From: Candidatus Micrarchaeota archaeon
GTDB lineage: Archaea; Micrarchaeota; Micrarchaeia; Anstonellales; J096
NCBI GenBank assembly: GCA_030550115.1
Contig: JAUQPY010000031.1
Coordinates: forward strand, 1 to 41,174
Direction of reading: 5' to 3'
Length of the DNA stretch: 41,174 nucleotides
In this document: positions 1 to 8,141 of the stretch, one piece after another
Layout of the letters: every line of letters begins with the position of its first letter
Position numbering within the stretch: the first letter of the stretch is position 1
Translations under genes and position numbers: made by a program
The notes under the pieces: generated by a model
What the model was told of the DNA's origin: nothing
Databases searched by the model: none
What the model saw: the letters and a program-made list of their open reading frames with translations, nothing else

Positions 1-4
1 ATAG

Positions 5-619
5 ATAAGGAGAAAGGATAAGAAATATTTATTAAAACCATCTCCAGGTCCACATCCAAAAGATGATAGTATTAGTCTTGGCGTGTTGCTAAGAGATTAT
101 ATGGGCATAGCAGCTAATATGAGAGAGGTGAGATATATATTAAGAAATGGTAGGATTAAGGTTGATGGAAGAATTGTAAAAGAGCCTAAATTCCCTATAG
201 GTTTTCAGGATATAGTCGATATTGATGGAGTTGGAAAGTATATTATAGATATAGACTCACATGGCTATTTTGTACCAAGAGATTATAATGGAAATTCTCA
301 GATACTTAAAGTTATTAGAAAGACTAAGGTTAAAGGAGGAAAGCTCCAATACACTTTCCATAATGGTAGAACTCTACTATCAGAAGATTCTTCTATAAAG
401 GTTGGTGATTCTGTGGTTTATGATGTGAATAGCAAAAGTATATCAAAAATAATCTCTCAAGATCTAAATAGAGAATGTATAGTGCTAAGAGGAAAACACA
501 GAGGTTTCAGAGGAAAGATAAAACAGGTTTTGAATATAGGTAAGAGAGTTGCAGATGTGGTTAATGAGAAAGGGGAGAGCGTAAGGACAGATTACAAGTA
601 TCTATTCCTATTAGGGTGA
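5..619 (+). CDS. rps4e: 30S ribosomal protein S4e (eS4), 5' truncated
   Basis: Frame is open from nt 5 (IRRKDKKYLLKPSPGPHP..., the typical S4e PSPGPH motif) through KVDGRIVKEPKFPIGFQD and a KOW-like GKHRG; lies directly before uL5. In-frame TAG at nt 2-4 at the window edge. Confidence 0.95.
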   Translation: MRRKDKKYLLKPSPGPHPKDDSISLGVLLRDYMGIAANMREVRYILRNGRIKVDGRIVKEPKFPIGFQDIVDIDGVGKYIIDIDSHGYFVPRDYNGNSQILKVIRKTKVKGGKLQYTFHNGRTLLSEDSSIKVGDSVVYDVNSKSISKIISQDLNRECIVLRGKHRGFRGKIKQVLNIGKRVADVVNEKGESVRTDYKYLFLLG

Positions 620-624
620 GGAGA

Positions 625-1134
625 ATGGGTAAGATCACAGATGTTAAGATTGATAAAGTTGTTCTGAATATAGGGGTTGGTCAGCCTGGAGAGCGACTTG
701 ATAATGCAAAGAAGCTATTAGAGATTATTACTGGAAAGAAAGCAATCTATACTAAGGCAAAAGAGAGAAACCCTACATTTAAGATTAGACCAGGATTAGA
801 GATAGGTGTGAAAGTAACACTAAGAGGTAAAGATGCTGAAGAGATCTTAAGGAGAGCATTTGGGGCTCTGAAGAATACTATAAGAAAAAGTATGTTTGAT
901 AAGACTGGTAATCTATCTATTGGAATAAAAGAGTATATTGATTTCCCAGGGGTTAAATATATGCCTGAAATAGGAGTTATGGGATTTGATGTAGTGGTTA
1001 GATTAATCAAGCCTGGGTATAGAGTGGCTAGAAGAAAACGAAAACCTGGGAAGATTGGTAAGAAACAAAGAGTTACAATTGAAGAGGCTATTGATTTTAT
1101 ATCTAAGAAATTTGATGTTAAGGTGATATCATGA
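625..1134 (+). CDS. rpl5: 50S ribosomal protein L5 (uL5)
   Basis: [36 protein letters not shown] motifs; ATG 625 follows GGTGAGG SD. Confidence 0.97.
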   Translation: MGKITDVKIDKVVLNIGVGQPGERLDNAKKLLEIITGKKAIYTKAKERNPTFKIRPGLEIGVKVTLRGKDAEEILRRAFGALKNTIRKSMFDKTGNLSIGIKEYIDFPGVKYMPEIGVMGFDVVVRLIKPGYRVARRKRKPGKIGKKQRVTIEEAIDFISKKFDVKVIS

Positions 1135-1280
1135 AAATAGATAATGCTAGAGGAAAAGGAGAGAGAAAGTGCAAGATATGCGGAACTACTAGAGGACTGA
1201 TAAGAAAGTATGGTATTTACATATGCAGAAGATGCTTCAGAGAACATGCTGAAAAGCTCGGATTTAAGAAATATCATTGA
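1131..1280 (+). CDS. rps14: 30S ribosomal protein S14 (uS14, Zn-binding), absent from ORF track
   Basis: Manual translation [49 protein letters not shown]; CxxC...CxxC; canonical position between uL5 and uS8. Confidence 0.96.
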   Translation: MKIDNARGKGERKCKICGTTRGLIRKYGIYICRRCFREHAEKLGFKKYH

Positions 1281-1292
1281 GGGTGAGATAAG

Positions 1293-1685
1293 ATGTCTGT
1301 AGATCCATTTGCAGAGGTTGTTAATCAGATCAAAACTTCTGCCAGAGTAGGAAAACGTGAGATTATTCTAAAGAGGAATAATAGATTGATTAGAAATGTG
1401 CTGAACGTTCTAAAAGAAGAGGGGTATATACAGGGATTTGAGTTAATAGGAGATGGATACCTACAGATGCTCAAAGTCACCCTGATACCTGAAAGAATTA
1501 GAGAGTTTCAAGTAGTTAATCCTAGAACTCCTGTTAAGTATTTAGAGATAATACAGAAAGAGATGCAATATTTACCTTCATATGTAGAGGGGATATTGAT
1601 ATTAACAACTCCCAAAGGAGTTATGAGTAATAGAAAGGCTAAGGAATTAAAAATTGGTGGTAGAATTATTGCTTATATATTCTGA
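1293..1685 (+). CDS. rps8: 30S ribosomal protein S8 (uS8)
   Basis: N-terminal DP, LKEEGYI, GILILTTPKGVMS...AKELKIGG. Confidence 0.96.
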   Translation: MSVDPFAEVVNQIKTSARVGKREIILKRNNRLIRNVLNVLKEEGYIQGFELIGDGYLQMLKVTLIPERIREFQVVNPRTPVKYLEIIQKEMQYLPSYVEGILILTTPKGVMSNRKAKELKIGGRIIAYIF

Positions 1686-1690
1686 GGTGA
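1686..1690 (+). promoter_or_regulatory. Archaeal Shine-Dalgarno GGTGA (example; recurs before many internal operon genes)
   Basis: GGTGA 6 nt before the uL6 ATG; the same motif precedes uS8, uL30, uL23, uL2, uS19 and others. Confidence 0.8.
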
Positions 1691-1696
1691 TAACAG

Positions 1697-2182
1697 ATGA
1701 GAGATATAAGAGTTGTGGTGGATAGTTCTGTTAGGGTTGAAGATAATAAGGTCATAATAGGAGATTACGAGTTAAAATTCAAGGGGGAAGGTTTGAGAAT
1801 ATGGATTGAAAATGGAGAGTTAATGGTGGAGGCAAAGAATAGAGCTATGATAAATACTGTAAAGAGGAAGGTGTTAAATCTACTCAAAGGCATCAAGGAA
1901 CCTTATAGAATAGAATTGGTAGCAAGGTATCTACACTTTCCTATAAAACTCGTATACAAGGACAATGTGCTAGAGATACAGAATTTTCTAGGTGAGAAAA
2001 AACCCAGATATGCAAAGATACCTAAAGGAGTAAAGGTAGAGATTAAAGGTCAGAATATCATCCTATCTTCTCCGGATAAAGAATTGCTAGGACAGGCTTA
2101 TACCAATATAAAGAGGGCTGTGTTTATTAGAGAGAAAGATAGGAGAGTATTCCAAGATGGTATTTATAAGGTGATATTATGA
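1697..2182 (+). CDS. rpl6: 50S ribosomal protein L6 (uL6)
   Basis: YLHFPI, QNFLGEKKPR, DRRVFQDGIY motifs; short N-terminal half. Confidence 0.95.
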   Translation: MRDIRVVVDSSVRVEDNKVIIGDYELKFKGEGLRIWIENGELMVEAKNRAMINTVKRKVLNLLKGIKEPYRIELVARYLHFPIKLVYKDNVLEIQNFLGEKKPRYAKIPKGVKVEIKGQNIILSSPDKELLGQAYTNIKRAVFIREKDRRVFQDGIYKVIL

Positions 2183-2550
2183 AGAAGAAAAAGGTTCCTG
2201 AATTTAAAAATATTGGACCTAGTGATGGTCATAGGATGAAGAGAAGAATAAAGGATAGCTGGAGAAAGCCTAGAGGTATTGATAATAAGAAACGAGTAAG
2301 GGCTAAGCAATACGGTAAATCCCCTAATATAGGATACAAGAATCCTGAAGAATTAAGAGGCATGCATCCTTCTGGATACTTTGAGATTTTAGTAGAGAGA
2401 GTTGAACAGTTGAATGATTTGGATAGAAATAGATATGCAATTAGATTGAGCGGTAGATTGGGTAAGAAGAAAAAGCTCGAGATTCAGAAGAGAGCCCAGG
2501 AATTAGGAATTCACATATTGAATCCTGTTAAGGAGGTGAGTTCAAAATGA
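2179..2550 (+). CDS. rpl32e: 50S ribosomal protein L32e
   Basis: SWRKPRGIDNK, PNIGY, RGMHPSG, ILNP. Confidence 0.97.
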   Translation: MKKKKVPEFKNIGPSDGHRMKRRIKDSWRKPRGIDNKKRVRAKQYGKSPNIGYKNPEELRGMHPSGYFEILVERVEQLNDLDRNRYAIRLSGRLGKKKKLEIQKRAQELGIHILNPVKEVSSK

Positions 2551-2975
2551 ATATCACTACATTTAAGAGGCTTTTAGCAGATATCAAAGGTGTGGGGACT
2601 AATAGAATTAGGATTAAACCAGGTAGGGAGATTTTAGAGATTATTAAAACTAGTCTTGTGACTAGAAATGATGTTAAGCAGAGATGGAAAGAGGTTGCTG
2701 ATATAGTACCTGAAAAGAAGTTGCTTAGAAAGAGAGAGAAGAGAAAGAGAGGACAGGGTAGTAGAAGAGGAGCTAAGTATTCTAGATTATCCAAAAAAAG
2801 AAGATGGATGATAAAAGTAAGAGCTCTTAGAAAGCAAGTAAAGATATTGAAAGAAGAAGGTAAGATTGATAATGCAACTAAGAAATTGTTGTACAGAAAG
2901 ATCAAAGGAGGGGAGATCAAGAGCAAGAGATCTATGATGGAATTTCTATCTAGGTTGGGTGGTTTGAATGGCTAG
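2547..2975 (+). CDS. rpl19e: 50S ribosomal protein L19e
   Basis: RGQGSRRG, KRRWMIKVRALRK, LYRKIKGG; synteny. Confidence 0.95.
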   Translation: MNITTFKRLLADIKGVGTNRIRIKPGREILEIIKTSLVTRNDVKQRWKEVADIVPEKKLLRKREKRKRGQGSRRGAKYSRLSKKRRWMIKVRALRKQVKILKEEGKIDNATKKLLYRKIKGGEIKSKRSMMEFLSRLGGLNG

Positions 2976-3468
2976 AGCTACTGGACCTAAGTATAGGGTT
3001 CACTTTAGGAGAAGGAGAGAGGGAAAAACTAATTATGCTAAGAGACTTAGATTGCTCAAATCTGGTCTTCCCAGATTAGTTGTTAGAAAAACCAATACTA
3101 GAGTTATAGCAAGTATAGTAAGATTTGCAGAGAAGGGGGATATTACTGAGATCTCTGTTGATGGGAAACATCTTAGAAAGATGGGTTGGAAAGGCAGTTT
3201 GAAGAGTATAGCTGCAGCATATTTGATCGGTCTAAAGATAGGTAAGGAAGCTGTTAGTAGAAACATACAGAAAGCTGTATTAGATATTGGATTGCATACA
3301 CCTACTAAGAACAATTTCTCTTTCTTTGTTGCCTATGGTGCTAAAGAGGCAGGATTAGATGTGAAAGTACCTGAAGATTTAGACATGAGTAGAATTGAGA
3401 AATCGAAAACTTTCGATAAGAATGCATTTGAAAATATTAGAAAAATGATACTTGGTGATGTTAAATGA
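2968..3468 (+). CDS. rpl18: 50S ribosomal protein L18 (uL18)
   Basis: FRRRREGKTNY, PRLVVRKTN, AAAYLIG, AVLDIGL. Confidence 0.97.
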   Translation: MARATGPKYRVHFRRRREGKTNYAKRLRLLKSGLPRLVVRKTNTRVIASIVRFAEKGDITEISVDGKHLRKMGWKGSLKSIAAAYLIGLKIGKEAVSRNIQKAVLDIGLHTPTKNNFSFFVAYGAKEAGLDVKVPEDLDMSRIEKSKTFDKNAFENIRKMILGDVK

Positions 3469-4049
3469 TGGAAGATTGGGTACCTAAGACCGAACTTGGT
3501 AAGGCAGTTAAAGCAGGAACATATAAAAATATAGATGAAGTGCTAGCTACAGGTAAACCTATATTAGAGCATGAAATTGTAGATTATCTATTACCAAATC
3601 TTAAATCTGAGATATTAGAAATTAGAGCTACTCAGAGAGTTACTGATTCCGGAAGGAAAACTGCATATAAAGTATTAGCTGTAGTTGGAGATGAAAATGG
3701 ACATGTTGGTTATGGAATTGGGAAATCTGCTGAGTTAGCAATTGCCAGAGATAAGGCTGTGAATAACGCTAAGAGAAATATAATATCTATTAAAAGAGGA
3801 TGCGGATCTTGGGAGTGTAGATGTGAATTGGAACACTCTATTCCAAAGAAAGTATCCGCAAAAGTTAGTGCTACTTATGTAGAATTGTTACCAGCTCCTA
3901 GAGGTCTTGGTCTAGCAGCTAATGATAACCTAAAGGTGATCCTATCTTTAGCAGGAGTAAGAGATATATGGAGTAGTGTTAGAGGGTCCAAATCTAACAT
4001 TCAGTCTTTAGTGGCTGCAACTTTCAAAGCTCTTAAACAATTATATTGA
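3465..4049 (+). CDS. rps5: 30S ribosomal protein S5 (uS5)
   Basis: WVPKTELG, QRVTDSGR, RGCGSWEC, PAPRGLGL. Confidence 0.97.
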   Translation: MMEDWVPKTELGKAVKAGTYKNIDEVLATGKPILEHEIVDYLLPNLKSEILEIRATQRVTDSGRKTAYKVLAVVGDENGHVGYGIGKSAELAIARDKAVNNAKRNIISIKRGCGSWECRCELEHSIPKKVSAKVSATYVELLPAPRGLGLAANDNLKVILSLAGVRDIWSSVRGSKSNIQSLVAATFKALKQLY

Positions 4050-4060
4050 GGTGAATTGTT

Positions 4061-4465
4061 ATGATAGCTATCATTAGAGTTAGAGGTAGATTTGGTCTGA
4101 AACCTAAAATCGCAGAAACTTTGAGATTGCTCAGATTGAATAAACCAAATCACTGTGTTGTATACAAAGACAGTGAATCTCTAAGAGGTATGTTAAAGAT
4201 AGTAGAGAATTATGTTGCTTATGGGGAGATTAATGAAATTACTCTTAGGGCTCTGATTAGTAAAAGAGGTGAGATAGGTAGTAAAAGTGTTGATAATGTT
4301 GATGAGGTTATTGAACACTTCAAGAACACTGGTAAATGGATTATAGATCCTGTATTTAGATTACACCCTCCAAGAGGAGGATGGAAGTCCATAAAGGAGA
4401 GATACCCTAGAGGTGCTTTGGGTAAACGTGATGATATGGATGATCTGTTAAAGAGGATGATGTGA
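4061..4465 (+). CDS. rpl30: 50S ribosomal protein L30 (uL30, archaeal long form)
   Basis: IAIIRVRG, TLRLLRL, FRLHPPRGG, GALG. Confidence 0.96.
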   Translation: MIAIIRVRGRFGLKPKIAETLRLLRLNKPNHCVVYKDSESLRGMLKIVENYVAYGEINEITLRALISKRGEIGSKSVDNVDEVIEHFKNTGKWIIDPVFRLHPPRGGWKSIKERYPRGALGKRDDMDDLLKRMM

Positions 4466-4466
4466 T

Positions 4467-4886
4467 ATGGTCAAAAGAGTGAAGAAAACTAAGAAGACTA
4501 AAAAACTAGGGCATAGGACATTTGGTAGAGGTAATGTTAAGAATAGGAGAGGATCTGGTAACAGGGGTGGATTTGGTAAAGCAGGATTCTGGAAGCATGA
4601 GAAAACCGCATGGTTGAAGGATAAGGAAGAATTTCTCAAACAGAGAAAAGGATTTGTATCCAAGCGGGAGAAGCTACCTTCGATAAATCTATACCATATT
4701 CAGAGGATGATAGAGAGAGGAGAAGTAGAGAGGGAAGGAGATGTTTATAAATATAGATTTGAGGGAAAATTACTAGGTACAGGTGAATTAGACTATCCTG
4801 TTGTTATAGAGGTTATATCTGCTTCCAATAGGGCAAGAGAGAAAGTTCAGAAAGCTGGTGGAAAAGTAGTTGAGATAGGTAAATGA
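4467..4886 (+). CDS. rpl15: 50S ribosomal protein L15 (uL15)
   Basis: GHRTFGRG, RGSGNRGGFGKAG, KLLGTG, AREKVQKAGGKV. Confidence 0.96.
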   Translation: MVKRVKKTKKTKKLGHRTFGRGNVKNRRGSGNRGGFGKAGFWKHEKTAWLKDKEEFLKQRKGFVSKREKLPSINLYHIQRMIERGEVEREGDVYKYRFEGKLLGTGELDYPVVIEVISASNRAREKVQKAGGKVVEIGK

Positions 4887-6283
4887 TAGAGACTCTAGCA
4901 AAATTCCATAAATACCTACCAGCCATAGCATCCCCTAAATTGCCACCAAGTTTAGTGGATAAATTCAAATATACTGCTATCATCTTGTTTTTGTATTTTC
5001 TCATGTATCATACTTTTGTAATAGGTGTTAAGGGAATAGATACAAATGTAAATATAATCTCTACTCTAACAGCATCTAGAATAGGAACACTGTTAACCCT
5101 AGGAATTGCACCTATGATAATAGCTAGCCTATTATTACAGCTATTAGTTAAAGGAGGAGCTATACAATTTGATCTCTCTAATACCAAGAACCAGAAGATC
5201 TTCCAGGAAGCTCAGGTTACATTCGCAATAATAATCGCAATCTTCCAAGGAATATTCTCAAGTGTTTCAATGGTTGGATTTGATGGATTCGGTCCATTTG
5301 TTGCTGATAGTTTCAGGGGAAATTCTATTGTGTTTTTGATAGTTCTGATTCAGATAGTTCTTGGAGCTGTAATAGTAATATATTTGGATCAGATATCTAC
5401 TAAGTATGGACTTACCTCAGGAATATCACTATTCATAGCTGCTGGAGTTTCTTATTCAATATTATCTCTCCTCGGATATCTAATGCTGGATGAGTTCATA
5501 GGTATAATTCCAAATCTATTGTCTCAAGCAGGTATAGACAGATTGCAATTTATAATTATACAATTTATACCCATCTTAACTACATTCTTGGCAATATATG
5601 TAATAGCTTATATTCAGTCTTACAAGCTTCCCATACCTATTAACATAGCTGGGCAGAGCAGAAAGATAGAACTACCTTTTTTCTATCTAACTACAATTCC
5701 AGTAATATTCAGTTCTGCACTTCTATTCATATTCTATCAATTAGGCGTATCAATGATAAGTGTACCTGGAGAGGGATTGTTAGTTGATATCGTAAGAATA
5801 ATTGGAGGTGTTCTTTATATCTTAGGTCCTGTGGTTCATAGCTATAATATGTCTGAGTATATAGCAATTCTATTTACAGCAAAAACACCTATATTAGGAT
5901 TGCCAGAATATTTACACCTGATTATACATATCATCGCTATGGCATTGTTGAGTATGGTATTTGGAGTTATATGGGCTGAAACCACGGGTCAGGATGGGAA
6001 ATCTGTTGCAAAACTCCTATCAAACAATCCAAACATAAGCTTAGAGGGATATAGGAGAGATCCAAGACTCCTAGAGCGAAAAATTACTGAATACGTAGAT
6101 GGTCTAATAAGGTTGAGCTCATTTACTATAGGTTTAATAGCTGGAATAGGAGATGCACTTCTGGTTCTAGGAACGGCTACAGGAATACTTTTGATGATAT
6201 CTATTTATGATAGAATGATTCCTCAGATGAAAGAATTCCTAAAGATATATTATCCGCCATTGATTAAGATACTTGGTGAGTGA
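4883..6283 (+). CDS. secY: Preprotein translocase subunit SecY
   Basis: About 10 TM segments; GTLLTLGIAP, KYGLTSGISLFIAAGV, GYRRDPR, GTATGILL; follows uL15. Confidence 0.97.
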   Translation: MIETLAKFHKYLPAIASPKLPPSLVDKFKYTAIILFLYFLMYHTFVIGVKGIDTNVNIISTLTASRIGTLLTLGIAPMIIASLLLQLLVKGGAIQFDLSNTKNQKIFQEAQVTFAIIIAIFQGIFSSVSMVGFDGFGPFVADSFRGNSIVFLIVLIQIVLGAVIVIYLDQISTKYGLTSGISLFIAAGVSYSILSLLGYLMLDEFIGIIPNLLSQAGIDRLQFIIIQFIPILTTFLAIYVIAYIQSYKLPIPINIAGQSRKIELPFFYLTTIPVIFSSALLFIFYQLGVSMISVPGEGLLVDIVRIIGGVLYILGPVVHSYNMSEYIAILFTAKTPILGLPEYLHLIIHIIAMALLSMVFGVIWAETTGQDGKSVAKLLSNNPNISLEGYRRDPRLLERKITEYVDGLIRLSSFTIGLIAGIGDALLVLGTATGILLMISIYDRMIPQMKEFLKIYYPPLIKILGE

Positions 6284-6284
6284 T

Positions 6285-6872
6285 ATGATTATTGTGATTA
6301 CAGGTTTACCTGGAGCAGGTAAGACTACTACTATAAATGAAGTTGTGAAGAGATTAGGGGATAAGATAGTGGTGATATCTTTTGGTACAGAGATGATGAG
6401 AATTGTTGAGGATAGATATGGGATCAAGCACAGAGATGAGATTAGAAAGAAACTAACCCCCCCTCAGATTGAAGAGGTTCAGATAGAAGTTGCTAGAAGA
6501 ATTCAGGAAATAGCTAATACTACTAAAAAATTAATCCTTGTAGATACTCATGCAGCAATTAAAACTGAATTTGGATACATGCCTGGAATTCACGATGCAA
6601 TGCTAAACAATATGGAAATTGCATCTTTTATCTATATAACTACTAAATACGAGGAGATATTGCTAAGGAGGGCTAAAGATAGTTCAAGATATAGAGATGA
6701 GGAAGACAAGGTTGAGATATCGTTGCATAATGAAATGAACCTAGCAGTTCTAAGCTCCTGTTCTATCAAAACAGGTGCTCCGGTGAAGATAATTATAAAT
6801 AGAGATGGTGAATTAGAAAGGGCTGTTGAGGATCTACAGGAATATCTGCTAAAATGGATTCACCAGAGCTAG
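6285..6872 (+). CDS. adkA: Archaeal adenylate kinase
   Basis: P-loop TGLPGAGKTT, SFGTEM, RDEIRK, DTH...GYMPG; follows secY. ATG 6285 preferred to TTG 6273. Confidence 0.93.
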   Translation: MIIVITGLPGAGKTTTINEVVKRLGDKIVVISFGTEMMRIVEDRYGIKHRDEIRKKLTPPQIEEVQIEVARRIQEIANTTKKLILVDTHAAIKTEFGYMPGIHDAMLNNMEIASFIYITTKYEEILLRRAKDSSRYRDEEDKVEISLHNEMNLAVLSSCSIKTGAPVKIIINRDGELERAVEDLQEYLLKWIHQS

Positions 6873-7441
6873 ATCTCTGGATCATATTTTTATTAGCTCT
6901 TATTTACTCTTCGATTTCTGTATTTTTTATAGCTAGGCAAGATTTCTACAAGAAGTACCAAGAGGGTAATAAGAGATATTGGGAAGAATATGTAAAGTTT
7001 CTGAAAGATGGATTAAAAATGACTCCTGAACAGATTGAGGAACGTAAGAATTTGTTGAATTTGCTATTGATGGAGCAATTTAAAAATATGCTAAAGATAA
7101 GTGTGGTATATTTAATAATGTTCTTAGGTGCAGCAAGTATAATACAGTTCCTGATTGTAGAATCCCCAGCCAATCATCCATATGGAAGCATATGTATTGT
7201 TGATAATAAATATATATATGAGAACGGTGTTTATAAAGTTCCAGATTTATTTCATGATCAGATTGTTCAAGATATCAATCCAGAGAGCTATGTATGTCCT
7301 AGAGCAATTCTCTATCTACCTTTTCCTATACTAAATCTTCGATACGTGGTCGGTGAGATTAAGATATTTATATTTTTTGTCATAATTATATCAATAGTCT
7401 TAGGTATATTAAAGAAAAGAATTATGAAGATGGGCCCTTAG
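6854..7441 (+). CDS. DUF106 / EMC3-TMCO1-like (Oxa1 superfamily) membrane protein
   Basis: TM, coiled coil, TM, loop, TM layout with LPFP near the C-terminus; canonical position after adkA. Confidence 0.7.
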   Translation: MDSPELDLWIIFLLALIYSSISVFFIARQDFYKKYQEGNKRYWEEYVKFLKDGLKMTPEQIEERKNLLNLLLMEQFKNMLKISVVYLIMFLGAASIIQFLIVESPANHPYGSICIVDNKYIYENGVYKVPDLFHDQIVQDINPESYVCPRAILYLPFPILNLRYVVGEIKIFIFFVIIISIVLGILKKRIMKMGP

Positions 7442-7503
7442 ATCAGTGGTAGATCGCTCCCTTGGCATGGGAGAGGCCGGGGGTTCGAATCCCCCAGGGT
7501 CCA
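7432..7503 (+). tRNA. tRNA-Ala(GGC)
   Basis: Acceptor stem GGGCCCT/AGGGTCC with G3:U70, anticodon arm CTCCC-TTGGCAT-GGGAG, GTTCGAATC T-loop; no intron, CCA not encoded. Confidence 0.97.
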
Positions 7504-7555
7504 ATATATCTATAAATAAGATTTATTATTTCCGATAACAAATCAATCTGGATAA

Positions 7556-7629
7556 AGCCTCAGGAGGGATTTGAACCCTCGACCTACCGCTTACGAGGCG
7601 GTCGCTCTGCCAGGCTGAGCTACTGAGGC
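7556..7629 (-). tRNA. tRNA-Thr(CGT)
   Basis: Reverse complement GCCTCAGTAGCTCAG...ACCGC-CTCGTAA-GCGGT...GTTCAAATC...CTGAGGC-T. Confidence 0.96.
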
Positions 7630-8141
7630 ATAGATATCGATTCCTTATAATATCTTATATTTTCCTTTAAAATCTCTAACAGAGTTTTTCTGTAATTTTC
7701 CATAACCGAATCTATATCTCTATAAATTATTGGATTGTATCTCGAGCGTATTTCTAATATATCACCAATCTTATCATCGTAATTTATCACTATACGCTTC
7801 AACCTACTGTCATCTGAAATTATCTTACGTCGTATCAAATCGATTGCAATTCTTGATGAACTATCCTTTTTTAATACATACATAAGATCCTCTAAGAATT
7901 CTAATATATTTTGTATGAAATATTCCATATAGATAACTCTATGGATTGCAACATTGTCTTCAAGAGTAACCTCTCTTATCTGCTTATTAAAATTCTCACG
8001 GATTGAATTTAATCTCTCTATAGCATCTCTGACTGGAATGCTCTTATCCTGCACACTCTCTAGAGTTCTTTTTATCTCTGTGTAAGTATCTAGAAACAGT
8101 TTTTCCCTTGTGATATTATTATTCAATTCTCTTCTATTCAT
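7620..8141 (-). CDS. Hypothetical helical protein (173 aa)
   Basis: Long ORF with charged amphipathic composition; overlaps the upstream ORF by 8 nt; no family recognised. Confidence 0.6.
   Translation of the reverse strand: MNRRELNNNITREKLFLDTYTEIKRTLESVQDKSIPVRDAIERLNSIRENFNKQIREVTLEDNVAIHRVIYMEYFIQNILEFLEDLMYVLKKDSSSRIAIDLIRRKIISDDSRLKRIVINYDDKIGDILEIRSRYNPIIYRDIDSVMENYRKTLLEILKENIRYYKESISMPQ

Noticed and set aside
2-4. In-frame TAG near the start of rps4e, suggesting stop-codon recoding
   Set aside because: It lies at the extreme window edge, where contig-end error is likely. TAG ends rpl4, rps3 and the thiolase at normal positions, and no other conserved gene here has an internal TAG.
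747-1277. 176-aa minus-strand ORF and similar antisense ORFs (2528-2926, 3033-3314, 19938-20405, 28160-28573, 40131-40445 and others)
   Set aside because: Shadows of well-identified genes on the opposite strand, with no motifs
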